Source: Fervidobacterium sp. (GTDB taxonomy: Bacteria > Thermotogota > Thermotogae > Thermotogales > Fervidobacteriaceae). Taken from it: 64,000 nt of DNA. The notes beneath the pieces were generated by a model that was given only the letters and a program-made list of their open reading frames with translations, ran no database searches and was not told the origin of the DNA. Positions 1 through 9,250 of this stretch are shown here, piece by piece; positions within the stretch are counted from its first letter, which is position 1, and every line of letters starts with the position of its first letter. Position numbers and translations under genes: made by a program. The DNA is taken from positions 231,200 through 295,199 of the forward strand of contig JBMFNR010000001.1 of NCBI GenBank assembly GCA_049970055.1, written 5' to 3'.

Positions 1-413
1 AATACGAAACCTGGATTAACACCTGTACCAAGTATGGTAACACCATATCTTTTGGCAAGGCTATCCATGTAAAGTGATTCTTCCGGATGGGAATCAAACG
101 GGAAAGCCATCTCCTCAGCAATTGTTATTACATTGGCGTGATTTTTGACAGCATACTCGACTTGGGGAAGCACATCTTTTACAAACGAACTTGTTGCGAT
201 AACTACAATATCCGGATTTGTTTCTTCGATTACATCTATGGAGTCTCTAACTCTCACACCGTACGTATCGATCCCTAATAATATACCAACATCCTTTCCT
301 ATATATTCAGGGTTTTTATCAATTACACCAACTAGTTTCATGAACTTGCTAACAGCCACATTTTTTGCTATCCCTCTTCCCATAGCACCAAAACCCCAGA
401 TGACGACTCTCAT
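1..413 (-). CDS. ord: 2,4-diaminopentanoate dehydrogenase-like oxidoreductase (DapB-like N-terminus); runs off the window start
   Basis: Not in the ORF track. Hand translation from ATG at 413 (RBS GGGAGGG at 421-427): MRVVIWGFGAMGRGIAK...DIVVIATSSFV...NVITIAEEMAFPF...GVTILGTGVNPGFV. Rossmann GxGxxG plus the AEEM and GTGVNPG motifs of the Ord family. Confidence 0.75.
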   Translation of the reverse strand, partial: MRVVIWGFGAMGRGIAKNVAVSKFMKLVGVIDKNPEYIGKDVGILLGIDTYGVRVRDSIDVIEETNPDIVVIATSSFVKDVLPQVEYAVKNHANVITIAEEMAFPFDSHPEESLYMDSLAKRYGVTILGTGVNPGFV

Positions 414-738
414 TCAAAAACCCTCCCTTTGTATTTTTGTGTTTTTTGAATATCTGCTAGAGTTTTCAACTATTAATATCACCAGTAATTTTACACTCAA
501 TTCAATATAATTTTCAAACCTGTAACGCTCCATACTTTACATTCTAATTGGAATAATTTGATTGTATGTTTTTTATACTCATTTTCTCATTATTTTGCGA
601 TGATATGCTCTTTTTCGTGGTTTGATACGGAAAGTATGAAAAAGAATAAACTCACGATTGAAACATAAAACTGCATAAAATCAATGGAACACGTGATTAT
701 TAATCTTTATGTAACAAATAATTTTCACTAATTATCCA

Positions 739-766
739 TTGAAAGTAACTTTTAAAATGGTATAAT
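739..766 (+). promoter_or_regulatory. sigma70-type promoter for the repeat protein gene
   Basis: TTGAAA (739-744), 16 bp spacer, TATAAT (761-766) preceded by TGG (extended -10). Confidence 0.6.
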
Positions 767-826
767 AACCTTCGAAAGGTATTAGAATATCGGCAACTCA
801 ATTATATTTGCAGGGAGGTTGGAGTT

Positions 827-1105
827 ATGGCATCTAAAAAAGGCTTGACAGTAACACTTATAGTTATCGCTATCATCGTTGTTGCTATTATCTGGGCGGT
901 AGCTGCAAATAAGAGCAAAGCAGCCGCAACAACACAAGAAGCAACAACAACACAAGAAGCAACAACAACACAAGAACCAACAACAACACAAGAAGTAACA
1001 ACAACACAAGAAGCAACAACACAAGAAGCAACAACAGAAGAAGCAACAACAACACAAGAAGCAACAACAGAAGAAGCAACAACAACACAAGAAGCAACAT
1101 ATTGA
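827..1105 (+). CDS. small exported or membrane-anchored Thr/Glu-rich repeat protein (92 aa)
   Basis: RBS GGGAGG upstream; basic N-terminus plus hydrophobic helix, then about 10 x ATT(T)QE; has its own promoter and a downstream terminator. Confidence 0.8.
   Translation: MASKKGLTVTLIVIAIIVVAIIWAVAANKSKAAATTQEATTTQEATTTQEPTTTQEVTTTQEATTQEATTEEATTTQEATTEEATTTQEATY
926..1099 (+). repeat. in-frame 15/18-bp tandem repeat (GCA ACA ACA [ACA] CAA GAA) x10 plus a partial unit
   Basis: Read directly; includes a higher-order 33-bp duplication at 1028-1093. Confidence 0.95.
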
Positions 1106-1126
1106 TCTTTCTTAGGTAAGAACAAT

Positions 1127-1151
1127 AAACGCGGGCTAAACGCCCGCGTTT
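1127..1151. terminator. probable bidirectional intrinsic terminator between the repeat gene and purB
   Basis: AAACGCGGGC-taaac-GCCCGCGTTT perfect stem between convergent genes, with T-runs on both strands. Confidence 0.8.
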
Positions 1152-2441
1152 TCATTTTTCAAAGCGTTTGTATATTTCGTCTATGTTTCTTAAGTAGTAA
1201 TCAGGTTTAAACAATTCATCTAGTTTTTCACCTAAATGCTGCATGATTTTTTCGTCTTTTTTCAGTAGCTGCTGGAAGTCCTCCCCACTTTCCCAACAAT
1301 GCAGTGCGTATTTTTGGATTAACGTGTAAGCTTCCTCCCTACTTATGCCTGCATCAACGAGTGCAAGCATAACCCTTTGTGAGTAAATAAGACCTCTTGT
1401 GATCTCCATGTTCTTCTTAACGTTTTTTTCGAAGATTACCATATTTTCAATCAAATACTTTGTTTTTTCAAGCATATAATAAATAGTCATCGTCGCGTCT
1501 GGTATGATGTAACGCTCGTTCGAAGAATGTGATATATCTCGTTCGTGCCACAGAGCCATATTTTCAAATCCAACTTGTGTGTAACTTCTAATCAGTCTCG
1601 CCATACCAGTAAGTCTTTCGCAGAGGATAGGATTTTTCTTGTGCGGCATAGCGGAAGAACCTCTTTGCCCTTCTTTAAATGGCTCCATCACTTCAAGAAC
1701 TTCTGTTCGCTGCAAGTGTCTTATTTCAATTACAATTCGTTCTATTAGACCAGCTAGCAAGGCAAGCAGTGATAACATATGAGCTATGTAATCTCTTGGA
1801 ATAACTTGTGTGGCTACTGGTGTTGGCTTTAACCCAAGTTTACCAAGTGCGATTTTTTCGATTTCTGGATCTATATTTGCGTAATTTCCAACTGCACCAC
1901 TCAGTTTGCCAACAGCGATTTCTTCGCGAAGGTACCTTAACCTATCAATATTTCTTTGCAGTTCCGCATACCATGAAAGAAACCTTAGCCCGAAAGAGGT
2001 TGGTTCTGCGTGTACTCCGTGTGTTCTACCTATTGTAGGCATATCTTTGTATTCCAAAGCTTTCTCGTACAAGACATTACCTAAGTTTTTACAAGATTCC
2101 ATTATTGTATCAAGTGCTCGAATTATGGCAAGCGAGTTTGCTGTATCAACAACATCAGACGAAGTTAAACCGTAGTGGAAAAACCTTGCTTCATCTCCCA
2201 TATTCTTTGTCACAGCTTTGATGAACGCAATAACATCGTGGTCAACAACCTTTTCAATTTCGAGAATCTCATCAACATCTATAACCGCTTTATAACTTAT
2301 ACTTTTTGCGGTTCCTTTTGGCGCGATACCTTTTTCTTCGTAAGCTTCAACAACGGCAAGCTCAACTTCAAGCCATCGTTTATATTGTTCCTTCAACGTC
2401 CAAAGACTTTTCAAAGGTTCCAAAGCATACCTTTCTACCAC
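1152..2441 (-). CDS. purB: adenylosuccinate lyase
   Basis: VERY start (GTG 2441), HDVIAF, GRTHGVHAEPT, GSSAMPHKKNP, WHERDISHSS. Confidence 0.97.
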   Translation of the reverse strand: MVERYALEPLKSLWTLKEQYKRWLEVELAVVEAYEEKGIAPKGTAKSISYKAVIDVDEILEIEKVVDHDVIAFIKAVTKNMGDEARFFHYGLTSSDVVDTANSLAIIRALDTIMESCKNLGNVLYEKALEYKDMPTIGRTHGVHAEPTSFGLRFLSWYAELQRNIDRLRYLREEIAVGKLSGAVGNYANIDPEIEKIALGKLGLKPTPVATQVIPRDYIAHMLSLLALLAGLIERIVIEIRHLQRTEVLEVMEPFKEGQRGSSAMPHKKNPILCERLTGMARLIRSYTQVGFENMALWHERDISHSSNERYIIPDATMTIYYMLEKTKYLIENMVIFEKNVKKNMEITRGLIYSQRVMLALVDAGISREEAYTLIQKYALHCWESGEDFQQLLKKDEKIMQHLGEKLDELFKPDYYLRNIDEIYKRFEK

Positions 2442-2445
2442 TTTC

Positions 2446-3114
2446 TTATCCCCCCCACTGCGGTGAATCAACGATAACTTCGTATCCTCCGTTTTTTCTT
2501 CCTCTTAGAGCAACTAATTTTGCTTTTTTCTCCGGAGTTCCATGTAAAAAGCACATTCTTTGAACTATCAATTTATTCTTAGATAGTAGATCCATCACGG
2601 GAACTAATAATTTTGGTGAGAAAACAAAAACGAATGTTCCTTTATTTCTCAAAAGATAGGCGCTTGAATTAATAAAATGCTCTATGAGTTCCAAACTTGC
2701 GTTTCTTGAAATTTTTCTAACTTCGTCAGGGCTTTCTTTTCCGACGTGAAAAGGAAAATTTGAAACTACCATATCGAAACTTTCGGGTTTGAAAAATTTT
2801 CTGATGTATCTCACATCACAGCACGTAAAGTGAACCTTTCCTTCAAGGTGGTTTAATTGAATCCCCTGGATGGCAAGCTCGTAGAGTTGTTCTTGAATTT
2901 CCACTCCTTCTACATATAAATTATACAATGTGGCTAGGGCAAATGCAACTACACCTGTTCCACTACCAAGTTCGATAGCTTTTCTGATATCGCTTGTAGG
3001 CCTAGAGTACCAAACTAAAAAAGCCGACGCGTGCGTCGGCTTATGTGAATCATTATGCAATATTTTTATATTCTTTATGATATCGCTTGAAAACTTTCCA
3101 AATTCAATCGGCAT
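2446..3114 (-). CDS. tRNA1(Val) A37 N6-methyltransferase-like (TrmN6/YabB family)
   Basis: ELGSGTG SAM motif, VVSNFPF (NPPF-like), KKAKLV..GRK; likely ATG at 3114 immediately after the flgL stop. Confidence 0.75.
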   Translation of the reverse strand: MPIEFGKFSSDIIKNIKILHNDSHKPTHASAFLVWYSRPTSDIRKAIELGSGTGVVAFALATLYNLYVEGVEIQEQLYELAIQGIQLNHLEGKVHFTCCDVRYIRKFFKPESFDMVVSNFPFHVGKESPDEVRKISRNASLELIEHFINSSAYLLRNKGTFVFVFSPKLLVPVMDLLSKNKLIVQRMCFLHGTPEKKAKLVALRGRKNGGYEVIVDSPQWGG

Positions 3115-3115
3115 T

Positions 3116-4009
3116 TTATCCACCAACGAAGTCAACGAGAGATTTTTGAATGGCCATAGCAGCTGATTTCAATGCGGCCTCTAGCACCGACTGCTGCATT
3201 GATAAGTGTGTCAAGACTTGCGTTAAGTCTGTATCCTGCTCTTTTGATAAGTATTCTGTATTAAACAATTTTAAATCTTCAATCCTTGATGAAACCATTT
3301 CTGCCATTCTTGAGGTTGAACCTACGTTTGCAAAATGCTCCATAACAGACTTTTCGAGCGTATCGATCTCTTTGAGAGAAATATTCGAAAGTTTCTCTTC
3401 TTCTCCTTTGTAAAGTGATTGGATAGCATCATCTATGGTTGAAAATACAGTTTTGCCATTATTTAACGTAAACACGTCGTAAACGGTCACACCGTAAGTT
3501 ATACTGTAGCCAAGTACGTTTGCTTTTCTGCGAACATTTGCTTCGATAGGTGTTACTATATTGCCATTCTCATCGACAGGTCTAAGCTCAGATCTTGCAC
3601 CACCAAATATGTATTCATCGCCGACACGTGTGTTGGCTATTTCTATTAAATGTTCTTTTATGGCTTTTAACTCAGCTGCAATAGAGTTTCTTTCGTCGAC
3701 GGTGTTAGTTCCATTTGCACCTCTAACCATCAACTCGCGAACTCTGTGGTAAAGGTCTGACAACTCCTGCAATGTAGTATCATAAGATTGAACAAAATTA
3801 TTTACGTGATCAACATTCCTTTTGAACTGCTCAAGTTCTCTAAGCCTACTTGTTATATTCGACGCTCTTGTTGCAATAACAGAATCGTCACTGGGGTATT
3901 GAACTTCTTTTCCTGACGAAAGTTTATCGTGTAACCTTGCTATTCTGTACAAGTTTTGTTGTATATTAAATAGTGAGCGATCATTTATCATGTTATTTGT
4001 GATGCGCAT
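3116..4009 (-). CDS. flgL: flagellar hook-associated protein 3
   Basis: MRITNNMI..., LSSGK..PSDD, YIFGG, C-terminal SLVDF; follows flgK. Confidence 0.95.
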   Translation of the reverse strand: MRITNNMINDRSLFNIQQNLYRIARLHDKLSSGKEVQYPSDDSVIATRASNITSRLRELEQFKRNVDHVNNFVQSYDTTLQELSDLYHRVRELMVRGANGTNTVDERNSIAAELKAIKEHLIEIANTRVGDEYIFGGARSELRPVDENGNIVTPIEANVRRKANVLGYSITYGVTVYDVFTLNNGKTVFSTIDDAIQSLYKGEEEKLSNISLKEIDTLEKSVMEHFANVGSTSRMAEMVSSRIEDLKLFNTEYLSKEQDTDLTQVLTHLSMQQSVLEAALKSAAMAIQKSLVDFVGG

Positions 4010-4040
4010 ATTTTCGCCTCCTTTGGTTAAGTGTTTTCAA

Positions 4041-6584
4041 TTATCTACCAACCAATCCTAATTTATCGATAACTCTTGAAATCATATCATCAACGGCTGT
4101 CATAACCCTTGCAGCGGCATTGAAAGCTTGCTGATATTTAATCATGTTAGCCATCTCTTCGTCCAGCGAAACACCTTTTACTCTTTCCCTTTCACCATCG
4201 ATCTCTTGTTTCATTAAATCGGTGTTGCTCTTTATCTTCATTGCTGTTTCACTTTCAACACCGAGTTCCGCAACAATACTTCCAAGGTACTCGTTAAATG
4301 ATTCCAATCCATCGTTCAGTACCTTTTTGTTTCTCAGAGAAGATAACATCTCTGCAATCTTTGTATTTGCCCTACCTGAAGGTTTAAATACCTTTGCATC
4401 CCAATTTGGATTTTCTTCGGTGTATCCAATGTCAACTGCTATAGTCTCAGGATTGCTCTGTATCGTTGAATTAACTTTTAGCTTTTCTATAAATCTGTAG
4501 GGTTCTTTAGGCAGTTGTTTATCGATAAACAATGCATCAGCTTTTATATATCTCATGCGTTGGTCTTCTGGCTTTTCATATGGGTTAACAAATACAAAGC
4601 CTTCATCCCAATCGTTTAACGTACTACCATCTGGGTCGATAAATCCTAATGAACTCCACAATGCTTCGGGGCCTTGTATCACTTTTTTCAGCTCAAAGCC
4701 AAGTGATCTGGAACCTCTAAGGACAAATTTACTATGCGGTGTAACTTCTGCTATAATACCAGTATTTGCTTCATTTATCCTGTCTGCGAGATCTCTTAGC
4801 GTCATTTTTGTTGGATCAATTCGTATCTCTGTTGCACCAATTCTTATTGAAAATGCCTGATTTCTTTTTAGGATATTCTCGAGTGTCTCCTTGCCTGTAT
4901 CAAGTGCTTTGTAAGTTTCAACATGCAAATTTGCTTGTGTGAATAATCCGTCAGGGTCTGATAATCTGAGATTTTTAATGTTAAAGTCATTTGACTTTGT
5001 AGGCATTATAAGTAATTTATCATCATGAACATACGCGTTTATATGTGCACCAAAGTGTGTGTTCAGCTGACTTGCTAAGTCTTCGATGGTTGTGGAATTT
5101 GTAATATTAATAATTTCCTCTACGCCGTTAATCGATATTTTGTACTGTCCGGCTTTAACTTTGAAATCATTTCTATTAATGGCAAATATATCAACATTTT
5201 TCGTTGCAAAACCCATAGTATTAAACATATTACCATTGAAATCCAGTGCCAGAGTGTTTCTTAAATTCTCGGAAGATTCAAAATAAAGCCTGTAACTGCC
5301 ATCACCATGCGCCCCCACCTTTAGGTCAAACCATCTCTCCGCTATTCCTGATAGACTTGATTGGAAATCTCCAACGTCATCGTACGGATTAACCCTTGCT
5401 GCGAATGTTGTGTTAGTTCCGTTGAAAAACACAACTGATCCCTTTTCAATAAATGGTTTTGTAATTATATCAGAGACGTTTATTCGATCACTCATACCAG
5501 AAATGAAGTTTATTGGGCCATTTTCAACCCTTTTCGCACCTGCAAGTCTGTAGAGAACAGCATCTTTTATTCTATCAGCCTCGACATCGCTGAAAAATTT
5601 TAGCCCAGTAACGCTCCCATCACCGTTGAAACCATCTTGATGCACTAAATTGAATTCATCAGAAAGGGAAAGTGCGAATTCGTCCAATCGGTTCATGTAT
5701 TTAACAAGTGTTTCATCTCTTAAATCAAATAAACTTTTCAATTTTCCATCGTTTATTTGTACAATTGAATTTCCAGCGAAGATCTCCTTAAAACCTTTTC
5801 CGTAAGGTCGTTCAAGAGCTCTTAGTTCAACGGCATCCTGACCGGCGAGAACTATCTGATTACCGATTCTCAATGTGATTTGCCCAGCATTGTCTTCGTA
5901 ATAATAAATGTCTGCGAGGTTAGAAAGTTCGTCCAAAATTCTGTCCCTTTCATCAAGCAGATCATTAGGTGTATATTTTAAACTAACTGCAGTTCTAACT
6001 TTTGAATTTATATCTGCAAGTCGTTTAACCATAGCGTTTATCTGTTGTGTTCTTTGAGCAATCTCGTTATCTATATCTACTCGCAATTGTTCTAACCTTG
6101 TATAAAGATCTTTAATATGTTGAACGAGTTCTTCTGACCTGTTTACAAGCCCTCTTTTAGCTGCAGTGTTCGTTGGGTCCGTAATTACTTCTTCTACTCC
6201 AGACCAGAACGAATCAAAAAGTGAACGGATACCAGCTTCTGAAGGTTCGGCGAAAAGTTGTTCTACAAAGTGTAGGTTTGATGTTGTCGTATCCCAGTAA
6301 TTGTATTTGTTGTTTGTTTGGCGGTACTGTATATCTAAGAACGCATCCCTTACTCTTTTTATGTCTCTGACGTAAACACCTGTACCAATTTGGAGTGGGA
6401 TAGATGGCTGGGTGAGTGAAGAAAGTGGTATTGGAGGCATTGTTAATAGCTCCGGCCTTTGCCTTGAAAAGCCTGGCGTGTTGGCATTTGATATGTTATG
6501 AGCTACTACGTTCATTGCAAGTTTGCTTGCGTAAACTCCGAGTAGACCTGTATTTAAAGTTCCAAAAAGACTTATATCTGGCAT
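4041..6584 (-). CDS. flgK: flagellar hook-associated protein 1
   Basis: HNISNANTPGFSRQ, IGTGV, PNDLLDERD, GVSLDEEMANMIKYQQAFNAAARV. Confidence 0.96.
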   Translation of the reverse strand: MPDISLFGTLNTGLLGVYASKLAMNVVAHNISNANTPGFSRQRPELLTMPPIPLSSLTQPSIPLQIGTGVYVRDIKRVRDAFLDIQYRQTNNKYNYWDTTTSNLHFVEQLFAEPSEAGIRSLFDSFWSGVEEVITDPTNTAAKRGLVNRSEELVQHIKDLYTRLEQLRVDIDNEIAQRTQQINAMVKRLADINSKVRTAVSLKYTPNDLLDERDRILDELSNLADIYYYEDNAGQITLRIGNQIVLAGQDAVELRALERPYGKGFKEIFAGNSIVQINDGKLKSLFDLRDETLVKYMNRLDEFALSLSDEFNLVHQDGFNGDGSVTGLKFFSDVEADRIKDAVLYRLAGAKRVENGPINFISGMSDRINVSDIITKPFIEKGSVVFFNGTNTTFAARVNPYDDVGDFQSSLSGIAERWFDLKVGAHGDGSYRLYFESSENLRNTLALDFNGNMFNTMGFATKNVDIFAINRNDFKVKAGQYKISINGVEEIINITNSTTIEDLASQLNTHFGAHINAYVHDDKLLIMPTKSNDFNIKNLRLSDPDGLFTQANLHVETYKALDTGKETLENILKRNQAFSIRIGATEIRIDPTKMTLRDLADRINEANTGIIAEVTPHSKFVLRGSRSLGFELKKVIQGPEALWSSLGFIDPDGSTLNDWDEGFVFVNPYEKPEDQRMRYIKADALFIDKQLPKEPYRFIEKLKVNSTIQSNPETIAVDIGYTEENPNWDAKVFKPSGRANTKIAEMLSSLRNKKVLNDGLESFNEYLGSIVAELGVESETAMKIKSNTDLMKQEIDGERERVKGVSLDEEMANMIKYQQAFNAAARVMTAVDDMISRVIDKLGLVGR

Positions 6585-6626
6585 GTCTTCACCTGCCTTT
6601 TGTTTATCTGTTTTCTTGACGGCAGT

Positions 6627-7088
6627 TTACTTTAAGTTATCGTATCTTGCTGTTCCCTGTGTCTGTGTATAGCCGATATTTCTATTTGGTGAGATGTTAT
6701 ACGTTGGTGAGTGAACGCCTTTGATAAGGTTGTTAAGAAACCCAGCGTACTGATTTTCAAATTCAATCAACTGCCTTATCCCATCCATTACTATCGTCAG
6801 TTCGTTGAGCTTCTCAACAACCTCGGCTGATAATAACGCGATTTCATCATTTTCTGGTGTTTGGTACTTTTCCAAATAGTCTCGTAAAGTACTAGCTTGG
6901 AATTGGCTGAGTAACTTTTCTCTTTCTTCTTCTATTTTTAAAAGCTCTAAGCTTAATTCTTCAATATTTACTGCGTATTTAGATAGCTGATCCAAGTCTT
7001 TCTTAACAAGACATATTTCAAGCCCTTTGAAAGCTTGAACCATACTATTTAAAATATTTATTTGTTTCTTGAGGTTTTCTTTAATCAA
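6627..7088 (-). CDS. flgN: flagellar export chaperone FlgN
   Basis: Helical 153-aa protein between flgM and flgK, ending in a TY-containing tail. Confidence 0.75.
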   Translation of the reverse strand: MIKENLKKQINILNSMVQAFKGLEICLVKKDLDQLSKYAVNIEELSLELLKIEEEREKLLSQFQASTLRDYLEKYQTPENDEIALLSAEVVEKLNELTIVMDGIRQLIEFENQYAGFLNNLIKGVHSPTYNISPNRNIGYTQTQGTARYDNLK

Positions 7089-7091
7089 CTA

Positions 7092-7385
7092 TCATCCCTC
7101 CAAAAGTTTTTTTGCAATTTTCTCGGGGTTCACAGAAAACGCGTTATTTTCAATAGCTTTTTTAATTTTTTCAACTAGTTCGACTCTTACCTCAGGATAA
7201 CTTTTGGCCATTTCAATGTATTGAGCAACCTTTTTACCTTCTTCGATAACAAGCTTATCTGCCTCTTGTGCTCCATTTGATTTTTCTACGCGTTTGTCTT
7301 CTTTTCCTTGTTTTTTTAACTCAGGAATGTTCTGCGTACCTTGAAGTTGGTTTAATTTGTTGATTTTATCGATCACAACCTTCAC
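7092..7385 (-). CDS. flgM: anti-sigma-28 factor FlgM
   Basis: PEVRVELVEKIKKAIENNAFSVNPEKIAKKLL C-terminal motif; start may be the GTG at 7376. Confidence 0.9.
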   Translation of the reverse strand: MKVVIDKINKLNQLQGTQNIPELKKQGKEDKRVEKSNGAQEADKLVIEEGKKVAQYIEMAKSYPEVRVELVEKIKKAIENNAFSVNPEKIAKKLLEG

Positions 7386-7415
7386 CCTCCTTTCTTTTTC
7401 CTTCTTCTTTTTTTA

Positions 7416-7441
7416 TTATCGACTTTTATTTGTTTTTTTTA
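7416..7441 (-). promoter_or_regulatory. sigma-28 (FliA/SigD) promoter of flgM-flgN-flgK-flgL
   Basis: Minus strand TAAA (7441-7438), 14 nt, GTCGATAA (7423-7416); consensus is TAAA-N14/16-GCCGATAA. Confidence 0.65.
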
Positions 7442-7900
7442 ATAATGGTACCTTTCGTTATTCAATATTTTATAAGATCTAAAGATTTGTTCCAAAAGTA
7501 AAACTAAGCACATTTCGTGGGTAAATGTCATCTTAGAAAACGAGATTCGCAATTGCGCTTTCTGTTTTAACGATTCATCAACGCCAAGTGGACCGCCTAT
7601 AACGAAAATCAATTCAGATGAAAAGTTTATAGAAGATTTTATAAAGTCAGCAAATTCTGTACTTGTATATTGTTTCCCCCACAGATCAATAAGAATGTAC
7701 TTGCGCCCTTTTAACCTCTTTTCTATCTGTTGTGCCTCACGCTTGAGGATAACTTTCTCATCTTCCTTATTTAGATCTCCACCAAGTTCTACAAACGATA
7801 CATGAACTTTTGTAAACCTATCGAGCTTTTCTAGATAATAATCAAAAGCAGGTTGTAGATGTTTGGATAATTTTCCAGGAATAATTATCTCCACTTTCAA
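7439..7900 (-). CDS. rlmH: 23S rRNA m3Psi1915 methyltransferase
   Basis: [35 protein letters not shown]. Confidence 0.95.
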   Translation of the reverse strand: MKVEIIIPGKLSKHLQPAFDYYLEKLDRFTKVHVSFVELGGDLNKEDEKVILKREAQQIEKRLKGRKYILIDLWGKQYTSTEFADFIKSSINFSSELIFVIGGPLGVDESLKQKAQLRISFSKMTFTHEMCLVLLLEQIFRSYKILNNERYHY

Positions 7901-7930
7901 TTTTATAACCCCTTTTCTTAACGATGCCTT

Positions 7931-9211
7931 TTACAAAGGTGTGTAAAAGTACACACCTCCTATTTCCGTTATCTCACCAGTAGCGATAAGAGAATTTATA
8001 CACTTTTCAAAGAGCTTTTCGTCGTTATAGAAGATTAGTTCTTTTAAATAATCCAATTCTTCTTTAAAGATGAATGTTACTGAAAGTATCCTTTTCAAAT
8101 AATAATTAAAGGTTGATATAATAAGATTTTCAAGGTCTGTAACTATTTTCGCAGGTGTGGAATAAGAAATATAGTCACTGTCATCTAATCCTTTCAAACA
8201 ACCACTTCTTTTGATAGCTTCAAGGTAGCTTTTGAATTCAGATGTTGAAACTTTGAATTCACTTTGAAGTAAGTTATTAAGAGATTTTACTCTTCCAGAA
8301 AAGAACGCTTTGTAAGTTTTTTCTACGAATTCTAAAAGATGGTAGTAGTTCACTGGATATTTTTCGAGTATAGTCGAAAAAAACGCTTTTGATCTGTTGA
8401 TTTCATACACACCGTCTTTTACTATCACAATATTGTCACTTATTAGGTAATCGAGGGCCGTTTTTACATCACTTAAATCTAAGTTGCGCTCTTTTATAAA
8501 TGTTGGTAAAGTTAATTCCCGAAGATTTTCAAATATAATTGCCTTTAAGAGTGCTAGTTTTATGTTTTTTAATCGCTCTGGTTTTTGTACCCGTCTTTCG
8601 TATATAGCCTCACTAAGTTCATGAATCGTTTGTAATCCATACTTTGTTGGATTTACACTGAATGCAGCCAAAAATCTTGACAAATTCTCTAATGTGAATT
8701 CCTTTCCGGAGCGCTTCAAAAAAACTTCAATTTCTTCCGACAATCTGTCTATAGGATCGGTAAGTTTTTCATTTTTTACTATATCTTCGTAGGGAATAAA
8801 AAGGTCCACCGCAGATATTAATTCGTAGCTTGCTGATTTTGTTCTTGCAAGTGCAATTACTTTCTTGCCGTAAGATTTCAATTTATAAACCAATGCTGTG
8901 AAATCAGCATCGCCTGTAACAAGGAAAAACGTATCAATTGCACTGTTGCGTAAAGCTATCTCTGTGCAATCGACAGCAAGACGTATATCATTCCCTTTCT
9001 TATTTGGTAGGAATTCTGCTTCTGGAATTTCCACAAGTTCTATTCCGTAATTGTATAGAACAAATGAAGCCATTTTGTGTTTTGACCATGAGCCATACGC
9101 TTTTCCTCCTACGATCTTTCCATACGTTTGTATTTCCTTATACACGAGCTGAACGTCAACAGGTTGGTTCTGAAAATCAAATAGGGCAAATATGTTGTTT
9201 ACACCCTCCAC
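7931..9211 (-). CDS. NYN (LabA/DUF88, PIN-like) domain protein with long C-terminal extension
   Basis: FDFQN, KKGNDIRLAVD, LVTGDADFTALV..LK..GKKVI, AVDLFIPY. Confidence 0.85.
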   Translation of the reverse strand: MEGVNNIFALFDFQNQPVDVQLVYKEIQTYGKIVGGKAYGSWSKHKMASFVLYNYGIELVEIPEAEFLPNKKGNDIRLAVDCTEIALRNSAIDTFFLVTGDADFTALVYKLKSYGKKVIALARTKSASYELISAVDLFIPYEDIVKNEKLTDPIDRLSEEIEVFLKRSGKEFTLENLSRFLAAFSVNPTKYGLQTIHELSEAIYERRVQKPERLKNIKLALLKAIIFENLRELTLPTFIKERNLDLSDVKTALDYLISDNIVIVKDGVYEINRSKAFFSTILEKYPVNYYHLLEFVEKTYKAFFSGRVKSLNNLLQSEFKVSTSEFKSYLEAIKRSGCLKGLDDSDYISYSTPAKIVTDLENLIISTFNYYLKRILSVTFIFKEELDYLKELIFYNDEKLFEKCINSLIATGEITEIGGVYFYTPL

Positions 9212-9250
9212 AGTTATCCCCCCTGGAGAATTAAAAAAGAATAAAAAGCA

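Noticed and set aside
414..738. Long AT-rich spacer as a riboswitch, ncRNA or ArgR/Rex operator region
   Set aside because: No convincing stems or consensus boxes found by eye; an Rfam scan would be needed
926..1099. Repeat array as CRISPR or as a multi-core RiPP precursor
   Set aside because: No unique spacers or cas genes, and no adjacent modifying enzyme, protease or exporter
782..1155. Minus-strand poly-Cys, VVASC-repeat and poly-Leu ORFs (metallothionein- or RiPP-like appearance)
   Set aside because: They are antisense shadows of the ACA/GAA repeat; only the plus frame has a promoter, RBS and signal sequence
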